Source: Lachnospiraceae bacterium (lineage in GTDB: Bacteria > Bacillota > Clostridia > Lachnospirales > Lachnospiraceae). Taken from it: a stretch of 64,000 nucleotides of DNA. The stretch covers positions 10,061 through 74,060 of the forward strand of contig VSOB01000005.1 of the NCBI GenBank assembly GCA_009774625.1, given 5' to 3'. The notes below the pieces were generated by a model. That model made no database searches. It was not told where the DNA came from and was given only the letters and a program-made list of their open reading frames with translations. Position 1 is the first letter of the stretch. Every line of letters starts with the position of its first letter. Positions 1 through 10,900 of this stretch are shown piece after piece. Both the position numbers and the translations under genes were made by a program.

Positions 1-246
1 ATCCTGCTGGCCAAGGCAATTGACGGCGTATACGATGATGATCCCCGTGTCAATCCGGCGGCAAAGCGGTATGACGAAGTTTCCATAGAGGAAGTGATTG
101 CCCGGAATCTACAGGTGGTGGATATGACGGCCTCCATTCTGGCAAGAGACAACCATATGCCTATGTGGGTATTCGGACTGCATGAAGAAAACAGCATTGT
201 AAATACTGTGAAGGGGACCTTTCACGGAACAAAAGTTACGGTATAA
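1..246 (+). CDS. pyrH: UMP kinase, C-terminal fragment (5' end lies outside the window)
   Basis: Frame 1 is open from base 1 to TAA 244-246. The translation ILLAKAIDGVYDDDPRVNPAAKRYDEVSIEEV...HMPMWVFGL resembles the PyrH C-terminus. It sits directly upstream of frr, as in the conserved pyrH-frr pair. Confidence 0.8.
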   Translation: MLLAKAIDGVYDDDPRVNPAAKRYDEVSIEEVIARNLQVVDMTASILARDNHMPMWVFGLHEENSIVNTVKGTFHGTKVTV

Positions 247-261
247 ACAGGAGGAAGGGCA

Positions 262-813
262 ATGGATGAGAGAATAAAAAAATTTGAAGGCAAGATGCAG
301 AAAGCCTATGATTTCTTACTGTCGGATTTTGCGACAATTCGTGCAGGAAGGGCCAATCCCCATGTGCTTGATAAAATAAAAGTGGACTATTACGGGACGC
401 CTACACCGATTCAACAGGTGGGGAATATCTCTGTTCCGGAAGCCAGAATGATTCAGATTGCACCGTGGGAAAAGAATCTTCTGAAAGCGATTGAAAAAGC
501 CATTCAGACATCGGATCTGGGGATCAATCCGTCCAATGACGGCTCTGTGATCCGGCTGGTATTTCCGGAGCTGACAGAGGAACGCAGAAAAGACCTGGTA
601 AAGGAAATCAAAAAGAAAGGTGAGGATAGCAAGGTGGCTGTCAGAAACATCCGCCGGGATGGAAATGATTTCTTTAAAAAACTTGCCAAGACAGAGGTTT
701 CCGAGGATGAAATCAAGCAGTTGGAGGATGAACTGCAGAAACTGACAGATAAATTTATCAAAGAGATCGACAAAGCAGTGGAAGAAAAATCAAAGGATAT
801 TCTGACGGTATAG
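262..813 (+). CDS. frr: ribosome recycling factor
   Basis: 183 aa, typical RRF length and sequence (RAGRANPHVLDKIKVDYYGTPTPI, VAVRNIRRDGND). An RBS (aggagga) lies upstream. Confidence 0.95.
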   Translation: MDERIKKFEGKMQKAYDFLLSDFATIRAGRANPHVLDKIKVDYYGTPTPIQQVGNISVPEARMIQIAPWEKNLLKAIEKAIQTSDLGINPSNDGSVIRLVFPELTEERRKDLVKEIKKKGEDSKVAVRNIRRDGNDFFKKLAKTEVSEDEIKQLEDELQKLTDKFIKEIDKAVEEKSKDILTV

Positions 814-836
814 AAATTTTGTAATTACGAAAGACT

Positions 837-876
837 AAGGGGCGGGCACCGTATTTTGTTATGTTGCCTCCCCCTT
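837..876 (+). other. imperfect GC-rich hairpin between frr and uppS (possible weak terminator or attenuator)
   Basis: AAGGGGCGGGCA (837-848) pairs with TGCCTCCCCCTT (865-876) with two central mismatches and is followed by TCTGTT. There is no clean U-tract. Confidence 0.3.
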
Positions 877-897
877 TCTGTTAAAAGAGGATATACA

Positions 898-1605
898 ATG
901 AAAGTACCGAATCATGTAGCGATCATATTGGATGGAAACGGCCGATGGGCAAAACGCAGAGGGATGCCGAGAAATTATGGCCATGTGCAGGGAGCAAAAC
1001 AGGTGGAGCTGATCTGTGAAAAGGCTTATAAGATGGGGATTCAATATCTGACGGTGTATGCTTTTTCCACAGAGAACTGGAATCGTCCCAGGGACGAAGT
1101 GGATGCATTGATGAAACTGCTGCGCAATTATATGAAAACCTGTTTGAAAACCGCGGAAAAGAACAGAATGTGCGTTCGGGTGATCGGAGACAAAACCGGG
1201 CTGGCCCAGGACATACGGACCCGGATCGCAGAGTTGGAAGAGGCCACCAAAGACAATGACGGACTGCATTTTCAGATTGCCATCAACTATGGCGGCAGAG
1301 ATGAGATCAGACGTGCCGTGAAACAGATCGGCAGTGAGATCGGGGCAGGAAAGCTCAGGCCGGAGGATGTTACAGAAGAACTGATTACAGAGCATCTGGA
1401 TACGGGTGGAATACCGGATCCCGACCTGCTGATCCGTACCTGCGGAGAACAGCGGATTTCAAATTTCCTGCTCTGGCAGCTTGCGTATACGGAATTTTAT
1501 GTGACATCGGTTCCGTGGCCGGATTTTAATGAGGTGGAATTGGGAAAGGCCATAGAAGCATACAATACCAGAGACAGACGTTATGGCGGTGTGGAGGAGG
1601 CTTAG
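898..1605 (+). CDS. uppS: undecaprenyl (isoprenyl) diphosphate synthase
   Basis: Motifs DGNGRWA and RTCGEQRISNFLLWQLAYTEF. I prefer ATG 898 (MKVPNHVAIILDGNGRW), preceded by aaagagga, over the TTG 856 start in the track. Confidence 0.93.
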   Translation: MKVPNHVAIILDGNGRWAKRRGMPRNYGHVQGAKQVELICEKAYKMGIQYLTVYAFSTENWNRPRDEVDALMKLLRNYMKTCLKTAEKNRMCVRVIGDKTGLAQDIRTRIAELEEATKDNDGLHFQIAINYGGRDEIRRAVKQIGSEIGAGKLRPEDVTEELITEHLDTGGIPDPDLLIRTCGEQRISNFLLWQLAYTEFYVTSVPWPDFNEVELGKAIEAYNTRDRRYGGVEEA

Positions 1606-1606
1606 C

Positions 1607-2455
1607 ATGGGCAAGAGGATCGTAAGCGGAGCGGCCGTGCTGGTACTGGCTCTGGCTGCCATACTGACCGGCGGCACCTGTCTGGCAGCGGTACTTTTAG
1701 TCATTTCCTGCGCGGCATACAGAGAGCTCTGCAGAGCTGCAGGCGTACATGTAAAATCCGGGCCGGGTACATTGGAAGCGGCGGGATATCTGGGTATTTT
1801 ACTGTATTATGTGCTGATCTGGCAGGGAGAGAACGGAGCGGCCCTGGCAGAGAGCGGCAGGCTGCCCCTCTTTCTGGGGATGCTGCTGATTGGGGAACTG
1901 ATGCTGCTGATGGCGGTTTATGTGCTGACATTTCCGGCCTATCGTTCGGAACAGGTTATGGCTGCCTTTTTTTGCATTATATATGGTCCGGTGATGCTTT
2001 CTTTTATTTATTTGACAGAAAGAATGCAATATGGCATATATATTGTATGGATGATTTTTATCAGCTCATGGGTATGTGATACCTGCGCTTATTTTACAGG
2101 CGTGACATTGGGAAAACATAAGATGGCTCCGGTACTGAGTCCGAAGAAATCTGTAGAAGGGGCCATCGGCGGCGTGGCTGGTTCTGTACTGGCGGGTATG
2201 CTGTTTTCTCTGCTGGCAGCAAATCAGGCTATTCCTGACAGAAGTGTCACATGGACGTTTGCCGCGTTGGGCGGCATCGGGGCGGTGATCTCTCAGATCG
2301 GTGATCTGGCGGCCTCTGCCATCAAAAGAAATCATGACATTAAGGATTATGGCACCTGTATACCGGGGCATGGCGGCATTATGGACCGGTTCGACAGTGT
2401 GATTTTTACGGCGCCGGTGATTTATTTTCTGGCAAGGATATTAATAGGGGCATAG
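1607..2455 (+). CDS. cdsA: phosphatidate cytidylyltransferase
   Basis: Multi-TM protein with the CdsA signature SPKKSVEGAIGG...GHGGIMDRFDS. ATG 1607 follows GGAGGAGG and lies 1 nt after the uppS stop. Confidence 0.9.
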   Translation: MGKRIVSGAAVLVLALAAILTGGTCLAAVLLVISCAAYRELCRAAGVHVKSGPGTLEAAGYLGILLYYVLIWQGENGAALAESGRLPLFLGMLLIGELMLLMAVYVLTFPAYRSEQVMAAFFCIIYGPVMLSFIYLTERMQYGIYIVWMIFISSWVCDTCAYFTGVTLGKHKMAPVLSPKKSVEGAIGGVAGSVLAGMLFSLLAANQAIPDRSVTWTFAALGGIGAVISQIGDLAASAIKRNHDIKDYGTCIPGHGGIMDRFDSVIFTAPVIYFLARILIGA

Positions 2456-2459
2456 ACAA

Positions 2460-3608
2460 ATGAAAAAGATAGGGATTTTGGGTTCTACCGGTTCTATCGG
2501 AACACAGACACTGGAAATTGTCAGACATTTCAGGGACGAAATACAGGTGGTGGCATTGGCGGCGGGGAGCAACGCAGCGCTGCTGGAGGAACAGATCAGA
2601 GAGTTTTGCCCGAGAGCAGCCGCTCTCTGGGAGGAAACGGCCGCCCATGAGCTGCGGGAGCGGGTCCGGGATCTGGATGTGAAGATCCTGTGCGGTATGG
2701 ATGGCCTGCTGGAAATTGCGGCTATGGAGGATATGGAAGCGCTGGTAACGGCCGTGGTGGGAATGATCGGAGTGCGGCCCACTCTGGAGGCGATTTCCCA
2801 TGGCAAGGATATTCTGCTGGCCAATAAAGAAACACTGGTAACGGCGGGGCATCTGCTGATGCCTCTGGCCAGGGAAAAGGGTGTGTCCATCCTCCCGGTG
2901 GACAGTGAGCACAGTGCTGTTTTTCAGTCTCTGAACGGAGAAAAGAAAAACCGGATCAAAAAGATATTGCTGACAGCCTCCGGCGGTCCGTTCCGGGGAA
3001 AGAAGCAAAGCGAGCTGGAAGGTATGAAGGCGGAAGATGCGCTGCGGCATCCCAACTGGTCTATGGGCAGGAAAATTACCATTGATTCGGCCACGCTTGT
3101 GAATAAGGGACTGGAAGTGATGGAGGCCAAATGGCTGTTTGATGTATCACTTTCTCAGATACAGGTAGTTGTGCAGCCCCAGAGCATTGTGCATTCTATG
3201 GTGGAATATGCGGATGGAAGCGTGATCGCACAGCTTGGTCTGCCGGATATGAAGCTTCCCATCCAATATGCTCTCTTTTATCCTGACAGAAGGCCGATGG
3301 AGATGCCTTCTCTGGATTTTTATAAGCTGTCGCAGATTACCTTTGAAAAGCCCGATACGGAAACCTTTCAGGGACTGGCGCTGGCGTTTGAGGCGATGGA
3401 AGCAGGGGGCAGTATGCCTACGGTTTACAATGCCGCCAATGAAAAGGCTGTCAGCCTGTTCCTGAAGCATCGGATTTCTTTTTTGCAGATACCGGAGCTG
3501 ATCGGAGACTGTATGAGCAGGCATCGGGTGATTGCTCATCCGGATCTGGAGCAGATTCTGGAGACAGAGCGCTGGACCTATGAAACGATTGCCGGGAGAG
3601 GCATCTGA
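2460..3608 (+). CDS. dxr: 1-deoxy-D-xylulose 5-phosphate reductoisomerase
   Basis: GSTGSIGTQTL NADPH-binding loop, LANKE, DSEHSA and HPNWSMG motifs, 382 aa. Confidence 0.95.
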   Translation: MKKIGILGSTGSIGTQTLEIVRHFRDEIQVVALAAGSNAALLEEQIREFCPRAAALWEETAAHELRERVRDLDVKILCGMDGLLEIAAMEDMEALVTAVVGMIGVRPTLEAISHGKDILLANKETLVTAGHLLMPLAREKGVSILPVDSEHSAVFQSLNGEKKNRIKKILLTASGGPFRGKKQSELEGMKAEDALRHPNWSMGRKITIDSATLVNKGLEVMEAKWLFDVSLSQIQVVVQPQSIVHSMVEYADGSVIAQLGLPDMKLPIQYALFYPDRRPMEMPSLDFYKLSQITFEKPDTETFQGLALAFEAMEAGGSMPTVYNAANEKAVSLFLKHRISFLQIPELIGDCMSRHRVIAHPDLEQILETERWTYETIAGRGI

Positions 3609-3675
3609 CGTTCGAAGTCTGTATGGGCAGCCTGTGTTCAGAATGTCAGAGTTATAAATTAAAGAAGGTGTTTTT

Positions 3676-4743
3676 TTGACGATTCTGATTTTTATTATTA
3701 TTATTTGTATCATTGTAATTTCCCATGAGCTGGGACATTTTCTGTTGGCAAAGGCAAACGGTATTACGGTAAAAGAGTTTTTTATTGGGATGGGCCCTAC
3801 ACTCTGTTCCTTTCAGAAGGGCGGAACCAAATATTCTCTGAAGCTGTTTCCTGTGGGCGGCGCCTGTGTGTTTGAAGGAGAGGACGGCAAAACAGAGGAG
3901 GACGAAGAGGGGGAGCAGGTGCCTCTCTCTCAGGGAGCGTTTCCCAATGCGGGTGTCTGGGCAAGGATTTCCACAGTTGTGGCCGGCCCTGTGTTTAATT
4001 TTATTCTGTCTTATCTTCTGGCCCTGGTGATTGTGGGCACTACCTATTCCGACAGGCCGGTGGTACAGGATGTGATCGCCGGATTCCCGGCAGAGGAGGC
4101 CGGCATGCGCAGCGGGGATGTGATTATCCGGCTGGACGGAGAGCGGGTCTATCTTTCCAGAGAGATCGGCCTGATCACCACAGTCAGACAGGGAGAAACG
4201 CTGACAGTGGAGTATGAGCGGGACGGAGAGCGGCGGGAGGCTGTGCTGACTCCCAGACTGGATAAGGAAAGCGGCAGATATCTGCTGGGCTTTCAGGGGT
4301 ATGCGGAGTATTTTGAATGTTCTCCCTGGCAGGTATTTCAGTATGGGTATTATGAGGTGCGCTATGGCCTGAAAGCCACAGTGAAGAGTCTGCAGATGCT
4401 GATACAGGGCAAGGCAGATAAAAACGAGGTATCCGGCCCTATCGGCATTGCGGTGCTGGTGGACGATGTGACGGAACAGACCAGACCCTACGGGATATGG
4501 GTGATGATTGTCAATCTGATGAATCTGGCCATGCTGTTGTCGGTGAATCTGGGTGTGCTGAATCTTCTGCCTCTTCCGGCGCTGGACGGAGGCAGGCTGG
4601 TGTTTTTGCTGCTGGAAGTGATACGGGGCAAACCGATTCCGCCGGAAAAGGAAGGTATGGTACATCTGGCAGGCTTTGCGGTACTGTGCGGCCTGATGGT
4701 TTTGATTATGTACAATGATATTATAAAACTGATACATTCTTAA
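3676..4743 (+). CDS. rseP: RIP site-2 metalloprotease (RseP/RasP family)
   Basis: HELGHF zinc motif in TM1, a central PDZ-like segment and the C-terminal NLLPLPALDGG motif. TTG start after aaagaagg. Conserved position after dxr. Confidence 0.9.
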   Translation: MTILIFIIIICIIVISHELGHFLLAKANGITVKEFFIGMGPTLCSFQKGGTKYSLKLFPVGGACVFEGEDGKTEEDEEGEQVPLSQGAFPNAGVWARISTVVAGPVFNFILSYLLALVIVGTTYSDRPVVQDVIAGFPAEEAGMRSGDVIIRLDGERVYLSREIGLITTVRQGETLTVEYERDGERREAVLTPRLDKESGRYLLGFQGYAEYFECSPWQVFQYGYYEVRYGLKATVKSLQMLIQGKADKNEVSGPIGIAVLVDDVTEQTRPYGIWVMIVNLMNLAMLLSVNLGVLNLLPLPALDGGRLVFLLLEVIRGKPIPPEKEGMVHLAGFAVLCGLMVLIMYNDIIKLIHS

Positions 4744-4755
4744 AAGGAGAAAAGG

Positions 4756-5538
4756 ATGCGGATACAAACCGGTATTTACTGGTCGGGTGCCGCAGGGCCG
4801 GGAAAGAATCAGGATTCTCTTTCTCTGCAGCATATATCTTTGCAGAGGGGAGAATGCCTGCTGGCTCTGGTCTGTGACGGCATCGGCAGCCTTGCCTGTT
4901 CCGAAGAGGCGAGCGGCTGCGTCGTCCACAGTATGACCGACTGGTTTTATCACGAAGGAAAAATGCTGATTTTGCAAAACAGCCCGAAGGAAATGATTTT
5001 GCTGGCTTTGCAAAGGCAGATGTGCCGTCTGCAGGAAAGTCTGAAAATCCTGCAGCGGACACGAAATATACAGACAGGGACCACACTCAGCGGACTTTTG
5101 CTGATCGGAAACAGATATTATCTCATTCATATCGGCGACAGCCGAATCTACCGAATCCGGAAACGAATTATTCCCATATGCAAACAAAAATATCATACGG
5201 TCTGTCTGACAAAAGACGACAGTAGCCGGGAGGGGTACCTTCTGAAATGTCTTGGAATGGCGGGAGAGGACAGGGCTCTGGTGGAAAGCGGCAGGATAAA
5301 GAGAAAAACCGGTTTTCTGCTTTGTACAGACGGTTATTACCGCGGCAGTCAAAGCGCGCGGATCGGGCAGGTGCTGGGGCCGCTTTTATGCCGGAGTGGA
5401 AAAAACAGGCGGCAGAAAGTCCTAAACAGACAAAAACAGAACAGACAGTTTGACCGGCGGCTGGAGCTGCTGGGAGAGCAGGCAGGAAAGGCGGGCGGCA
5501 GGGATCATATGGCCGCAGTGGGCATTTTGATCGGATAG
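4756..5538 (+). CDS. PP2C-family Ser/Thr protein phosphatase
   Basis: PP2C metal-binding motifs by eye (LVCDGIGS, HIGDSRIY, LLCTDG, terminal RDHMAAVGI). Starts 12 nt after the rseP stop. Confidence 0.75.
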   Translation: MRIQTGIYWSGAAGPGKNQDSLSLQHISLQRGECLLALVCDGIGSLACSEEASGCVVHSMTDWFYHEGKMLILQNSPKEMILLALQRQMCRLQESLKILQRTRNIQTGTTLSGLLLIGNRYYLIHIGDSRIYRIRKRIIPICKQKYHTVCLTKDDSSREGYLLKCLGMAGEDRALVESGRIKRKTGFLLCTDGYYRGSQSARIGQVLGPLLCRSGKNRRQKVLNRQKQNRQFDRRLELLGEQAGKAGGRDHMAAVGILIG

Positions 5539-5592
5539 GCGGTCCTGAGAAAAAAGATAAGGTATGCAGCACATTTTGAAGGGAGGATATGG

Positions 5593-6870
5593 ATGGAAGA
5601 AAGGTATCGGATTTTGAAAAAACTGGCGGAAGGAGGAAGTGGAACCACCTATTTGGTCTGGGACAAGCGCCTGGAACGCTGTTGGGCAATGAAGCGGCTT
5701 TTGCTGGGAAAAGAGGGCCAGAAGGAGGCCGTGCAACGGGAGATGGCCGCTCTTTTGCAGATTCGCAGAGAAGGCATTCCCGTGCTGGCGGATGTCTGTT
5801 ATGAAAAGGATGCAGTCTGTCTGATTATGGAGTATATGACAGGTGTGTCATTGGAGGAGAGAATCAGGGAACGGGGGCCGATGGAAGAGAAGGAAGCGGT
5901 TTTTTGTGCCCTGCAGATCGCAGAGCTGGTTGGTTTTCTTCATCAGCTTCCCACAGGTCTGGCACATGGGGATTTAAAGCCCCTGAATCTGATGGTCCAT
6001 CAGGGGAAGATCGCACTCCTGGATTTTGGAGGTGCGTTTGTGCTGCAGGATGACAGGCAGAGTCCGGGCTGCTGTTTTACACCCGGCTATGGGGCGCCGG
6101 AACTGAAAGAGGATGGCAGGCCAACGGTACAAAGCGATGTCTATGCCTTTGGCGCGGTGCTGTTTTTTATGGTGACAGGGGAAAGGCCGGAATCAGATCG
6201 GGGAATCTATCCGGTCCGGGAGCAGCGGCCCCGGCTTTCGCAGGCATTGGAACGGCTGATTCTGAACTGTACCCAGGCAGAGCCGGAGGCGCGTTATGGG
6301 TCGATGGAGGAACTGGGCAAAGAACTGAAAGCACTGCAGAAGCAGCAGGAGGATGCTGTTATCATAAAGAATGGCAGAGGATTTGGAAAGAAGGGGAAGG
6401 GATTTTTCAGAAAAAGTAAAATCACGCAAACAGAAGGACAGCGGTTTGGAAGCATCCGAAGTGTACTGCTGACAGAAGGCACCTACCGGGAGGTAAGGAG
6501 GGATTTGTGTTACAGAGTGGTTTTACTGTTGTTGGCAGGCATTTTTTCTGGGATTTCCGGTATGCCGTCAGACGTGCAGGCGGCGCAGCGGGAAACAGGC
6601 CGGGTACAGACCAGGGAGGCCGGAGAGGTACTGCCCGTCAGCATCCGCTGTCAGAACGGAGAGCGGAAACTGGTGGATTTTGATGCGGTATATTATACGG
6701 ATGAAAATCCCATGTTTGAGCTGCCGCTGCACTATTTTGAAGCAGGACGGGAATATGAAGTGACGATCAGCCAGAGAGAACGGGAAAGCGGACGGCAGAG
6801 GATACGGCGCTTTGTAATCTGTGCCTGTGGGGATGAGACGGGGGAGCCGGTTGTTTTTTCAAAGCATTGA
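5593..6870 (+). CDS. Hanks-type Ser/Thr protein kinase with one TM and a ~100-aa extracytoplasmic tail
   Basis: Gly-loop LAEGGSGTTY, AMK lysine, catalytic loop HGDLKPLN (Gly replaces the Arg of HRD), DFG, GYGAPE. A hydrophobic segment VVLLLLAGIFSGISG is followed by a non-PASTA C-terminal domain. Confidence 0.8.
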   Translation: MEERYRILKKLAEGGSGTTYLVWDKRLERCWAMKRLLLGKEGQKEAVQREMAALLQIRREGIPVLADVCYEKDAVCLIMEYMTGVSLEERIRERGPMEEKEAVFCALQIAELVGFLHQLPTGLAHGDLKPLNLMVHQGKIALLDFGGAFVLQDDRQSPGCCFTPGYGAPELKEDGRPTVQSDVYAFGAVLFFMVTGERPESDRGIYPVREQRPRLSQALERLILNCTQAEPEARYGSMEELGKELKALQKQQEDAVIIKNGRGFGKKGKGFFRKSKITQTEGQRFGSIRSVLLTEGTYREVRRDLCYRVVLLLLAGIFSGISGMPSDVQAAQRETGRVQTREAGEVLPVSIRCQNGERKLVDFDAVYYTDENPMFELPLHYFEAGREYEVTISQRERESGRQRIRRFVICACGDETGEPVVFSKH

Positions 6871-6916
6871 TGGTAAGATAAGACAAAAGCAAACCCATGG
6901 AAAAGGAGGGACTACC

Positions 6917-7972
6917 ATGCATCGTGAGCATACAAAAGTAATCCGGATCGGGGACCGGGTGATCGGCGGCGGCAATCCTGTCCTGATACAGTCCATGACC
7001 AACACCAGAACGGAAGATGTGGCGGCTACTGTAGCCCAGATTCAGAAGCTGGAGGCGGCAGGCTGCGAATTGATCCGCTGTACGGTGCCTGTGACAGAGG
7101 CGGCAGAGGCGATCAGAGAGATTAAAAAGCAAATCAGGATCCCGCTTGTGGCGGACATTCACTTTGATTTTAAAATGGCATTGGCGGCTATGGAAAACGG
7201 GGCGGACAAGATCCGGATCAATCCCGGCAACATCGGAAGCAGAGAGAACGTAAAAGCGGTGGTGGATATGGCCAGAGAACGGGGGGTGCCGATCCGTATC
7301 GGTGTGAACAGCGGTTCTCTGGAGAAGGAGCTGATTGAAAAATATCATGGAGTGACGGCGGAAGGAATCGTGGAGAGTGCACTGGAAAAGGTGTATATGA
7401 TAGAGGATATGGGATATGACAATCTGGTGGTCAGCATCAAATCCTCGGATGTGCTGATGTGCATTCGTGCCCATGAAAAGCTGGCGGAGAAAACCTCCTA
7501 TCCTCTGCATGTAGGTATCACAGAGGCAGGCGGTATGATCAGTGGGAATATCAAATCGGCCGTGGGGCTGGGTGTGATTTTATACCAGGGCATCGGAGAT
7601 ACCATAAGAGTATCCCTGACCGGGGATCCGGTGGAAGAGGTCAAAAGCGCCAGACAGATACTGCGTACTCTCGGACTTCGCAGGGGAGGCATAGAAGTGG
7701 TATCCTGCCCGACCTGTGGCAGGACCAGGATTGATCTGATCGGGCTTGCGGCTCAGGTGGAGGAGATGGTGGCAGACATGCCTCTGGATCTGAAGGTGGC
7801 GGTTATGGGATGTGCGGTGAACGGGCCGGGAGAGGCGAAGGAAGCGGACATCGGCATTGCCGGCGGAGACGGTGAGGGGCTGCTGATCAAAAAAGGAGAA
7901 ATCGTTCGTAAGGTGCCTGAGGACCGGCTGTTGCAGGTGCTCAGAGAAGAGCTGGAAAACTGGCAGGGGTAG
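6917..7972 (+). CDS. ispG: 4-hydroxy-3-methylbut-2-enyl diphosphate synthase
   Basis: IQSMTNT, RINPGNIG and CPTCGR Fe-S motif. ATG 6917 follows AAAAGGAGGG. The track start at 6821 overlaps the kinase 3' end. Confidence 0.93.
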   Translation: MHREHTKVIRIGDRVIGGGNPVLIQSMTNTRTEDVAATVAQIQKLEAAGCELIRCTVPVTEAAEAIREIKKQIRIPLVADIHFDFKMALAAMENGADKIRINPGNIGSRENVKAVVDMARERGVPIRIGVNSGSLEKELIEKYHGVTAEGIVESALEKVYMIEDMGYDNLVVSIKSSDVLMCIRAHEKLAEKTSYPLHVGITEAGGMISGNIKSAVGLGVILYQGIGDTIRVSLTGDPVEEVKSARQILRTLGLRRGGIEVVSCPTCGRTRIDLIGLAAQVEEMVADMPLDLKVAVMGCAVNGPGEAKEADIGIAGGDGEGLLIKKGEIVRKVPEDRLLQVLREELENWQG

Positions 7973-7975
7973 CAT

Positions 7976-10900
7976 ATGGCAAAACAGTTTTTGGAAGTAT
8001 TTCCCACATTGCAGATAAAAGAAGAGAATAAAGCGCTGTTGAAACGGGTGCAGGTGGAGCGGGTCACCGCCACAAAGCGCCGGGATTTTCTGCGCATTTA
8101 TCTGTCCAGCGATCACTTGCTGACCAAGGATGTGATCTTTGGCCTGGAACGGGACATCAAAAAGCAGCTTTTTCCTCAGGCAGATCTGGTGGTCAGGATT
8201 TATGAAAAGTATACTCTGTCTGCGCAGTACAATCCCCGGACCCTGACAGAAGTTTATCGTGACAGTATACTTCTGGAGCTGAAAGAGTACAGCCATATGG
8301 AATATGTGATGTTTAAGGGCGCGGAGATTTCATTTCCGGATGAAAAAAACATTTCCCTGACGGTCAGAGACAGTGTGCCGGCCAGGGAAAAGGGGCCGGA
8401 GCTGGTGCGGATACTGGAAAAGATATATGGGGAGCGGTTTGGGTTTTCTGTCTTTGTAGAGCTGGAATATAAAGAGACGGATCAAACAGACGACGGAGAA
8501 GAGGACAGAAGGATCGCCCTGCAGGTGGCACAGATCGCCGCCAGAGCCGCAATCGAACAGGGCGGCAGAAGCGAAAGCAGCCATTGTGCGGAAAGCGGCG
8601 CAGTACAGCAAAAAGATACAGTAGGACAGAGCGGTCAGGCTGTAAAAGCCGCGGCAGAGCAAACCACAGAAGAGAAGAAAGAGAAGCCGGCACAGAAAAG
8701 GGAACAGGAGAAAAAGAGCGGATGGGGCGGCAGAGGAAAAGGCGATATGGGCAAAAGGCCGCTGCGGCGTTCTGACAATCCGGATGTGATCTATGGCCGG
8801 GATTTTGAAGAGGATGCCATACGGATCGATGAAGTGGTGGGAGAAATGGGAGAAGTGGTGATCCGCGGGATGATCCTGCAGGTGGATGCAAGGGAGCTGC
8901 GAAATGAGCGGACTGTTCTGATTTTTGATGTCACGGATTTTACGGATACGATCACCATAAAACTCTTTGTTACGAATGAGCAGACGGCAGAAATGCTGGG
9001 GCATCTGAAAAAGGGATCTTTTATCAGACTCAAGGGCGTGACCATCATTGACAAGTTTGACAATGAACTGACCCTGGGGTCTATTGCAGGCATTAAGAAA
9101 ATCCCGGATTTTACCGCAGGCCGTATGGACAACAGCGGCAAAAAGCGGGTGGAACTGCACTGCCATACGAAAATGAGCGATATGGACGGTGTTTCTGAGG
9201 CCAGTGACCTGATCAAACGGGCTTATCAGTGGGGCCATCCGGCCATCGCCATTACCGATCACGGTGTGGTCCAGTCCTTTCCCGATGCCAATCATGTATG
9301 GGAAGGGCTGTGGAAGGAGGAAAAGGCCAGACGAAAGACGGCAGGGGAAGAAAATCCGGATCCGCAGGACTTTTTTAAAGTGATCTACGGGATGGAAGCC
9401 TATTTGGTGGATGATCTGAAAGAGGTGGTTACCAATGACTGCGGTCAGGATCTGGATGGGACTTATGTGGTTTTTGATCTGGAGACTACCGGGTTTTCTC
9501 CGGTACAAAATCAGATCATTGAAATCGGTGCAGTCAAAGTAGCCAACGGAGAGATTGCAGACCGGTTTTCCACCTTTGTCAATCCGGGGGTTCCCATTCC
9601 CTTCCGCATTGAACAGCTTACCGGCATCCGGGATGAGGATGTGATGGATGCACCGCCGATAGAGACTGCGCTGCCGGAGTTTCTGGCATTTTGCCGGGGA
9701 TGTGTGCTGGTGGCGCACAATGCGGCTTTTGATATGAGCTTTGTGACAGAGAATGCGGGGCGGCAGGGACTTGACTGTGTATTTACCAGTGTGGATACTG
9801 TGGGCATCGCCCGCCTTTTGCTGCCGGGACAGGCTAAACATACGCTGGATGCGGTGGCAAAGAAGCTGGGGGTTTCTCTGGAGAATCATCACCGGGCGGT
9901 GGACGATGCGGAGGCAACGGCGGAAATCTTTCTGAAATTTCTGCCTATGCTGCAAAAGGAGGGTGTGCAGAAACTGGCAGACATCAACGTCATGTGCGCC
10001 AGCAGCCCGGACACGGTAAAAAGGATGCCAGCCTATCATGCCATTATGCTGGCGCGAAATGATACAGGGAGAGTCAATCTTTATACGATGGTATCCGAGT
10101 CCCATCTGACCTATTTCAGCAAACGTCCCCGGATTCCCAAAAGTCTGTTTCTGAAACACAGGGAAGGGATTTTGCTGGGCAGCGCCTGTGAGGCGGGAGA
10201 GCTGTACCGGGCGCTTCTGGACGGCAGATCAGAGCAAGAGATCGCCCGTATTGTGAATTTCTATGATTATCTGGAAATCCAGCCGGTGGGCAACAATGCG
10301 TTTATGATTGATTCGGAACGGGTGGAAAACATCCATTGTGAGGAGGACATCCGGAAAATCAATCAGAAGATCGTGGAACTGGGAGAACAGTTTCACAAAC
10401 CGGTGGCCGCTACCTGTGATGTACATTTTCTGGATCCGGGCGATGAGGTGTACCGGCGTATTATCATGGCCTGCAAAGGCTTTGGGGATGCGGACAACCA
10501 GGCCCCGCTCTATCTTCGGACGACGGAGGAGATGCTGGAGGAATTTGCCTATCTGGGCAGTGACAAGGCATATGAAGTGGTGGTGGCCAATACCAATCTG
10601 ATTGCGGAACAGATCGAGACCATTTCTCCGGTGCGTCCGGATAAATGTCCGCCGGTGATTCCCGACAGTGACAAGACACTGACGGATATCTGTTATAAAA
10701 AAGCCCATGAGATGTATGGGGATCCGCTGCCGTCCATCGTGCAGGAACGGCTGGAAAAGGAGCTGCATTCCATCATCAGCAATGGGTTTGCCGTGATGTA
10801 TATTATCGCTCAGAAACTGGTCTGGAAATCGGTGGAGGACGGTTATCTGGTAGGCTCCAGAGGCAGCGTCGGGTCCTCTTTTGTGGCTACCATGTCGGGG

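Noticed and set aside
3652-5352. Long minus-strand ORFs, including 3652-5352, 8330-10159, 14761-15876, 24165-25160, 45814-46920 and 52197-53297
   Set aside because: Each lies antisense to a + strand gene with clear family motifs. Their translations are low-complexity (rich in R/H/Q/P/L), lack recognisable domains and have no RBS. They are shadow frames typical of this codon bias.
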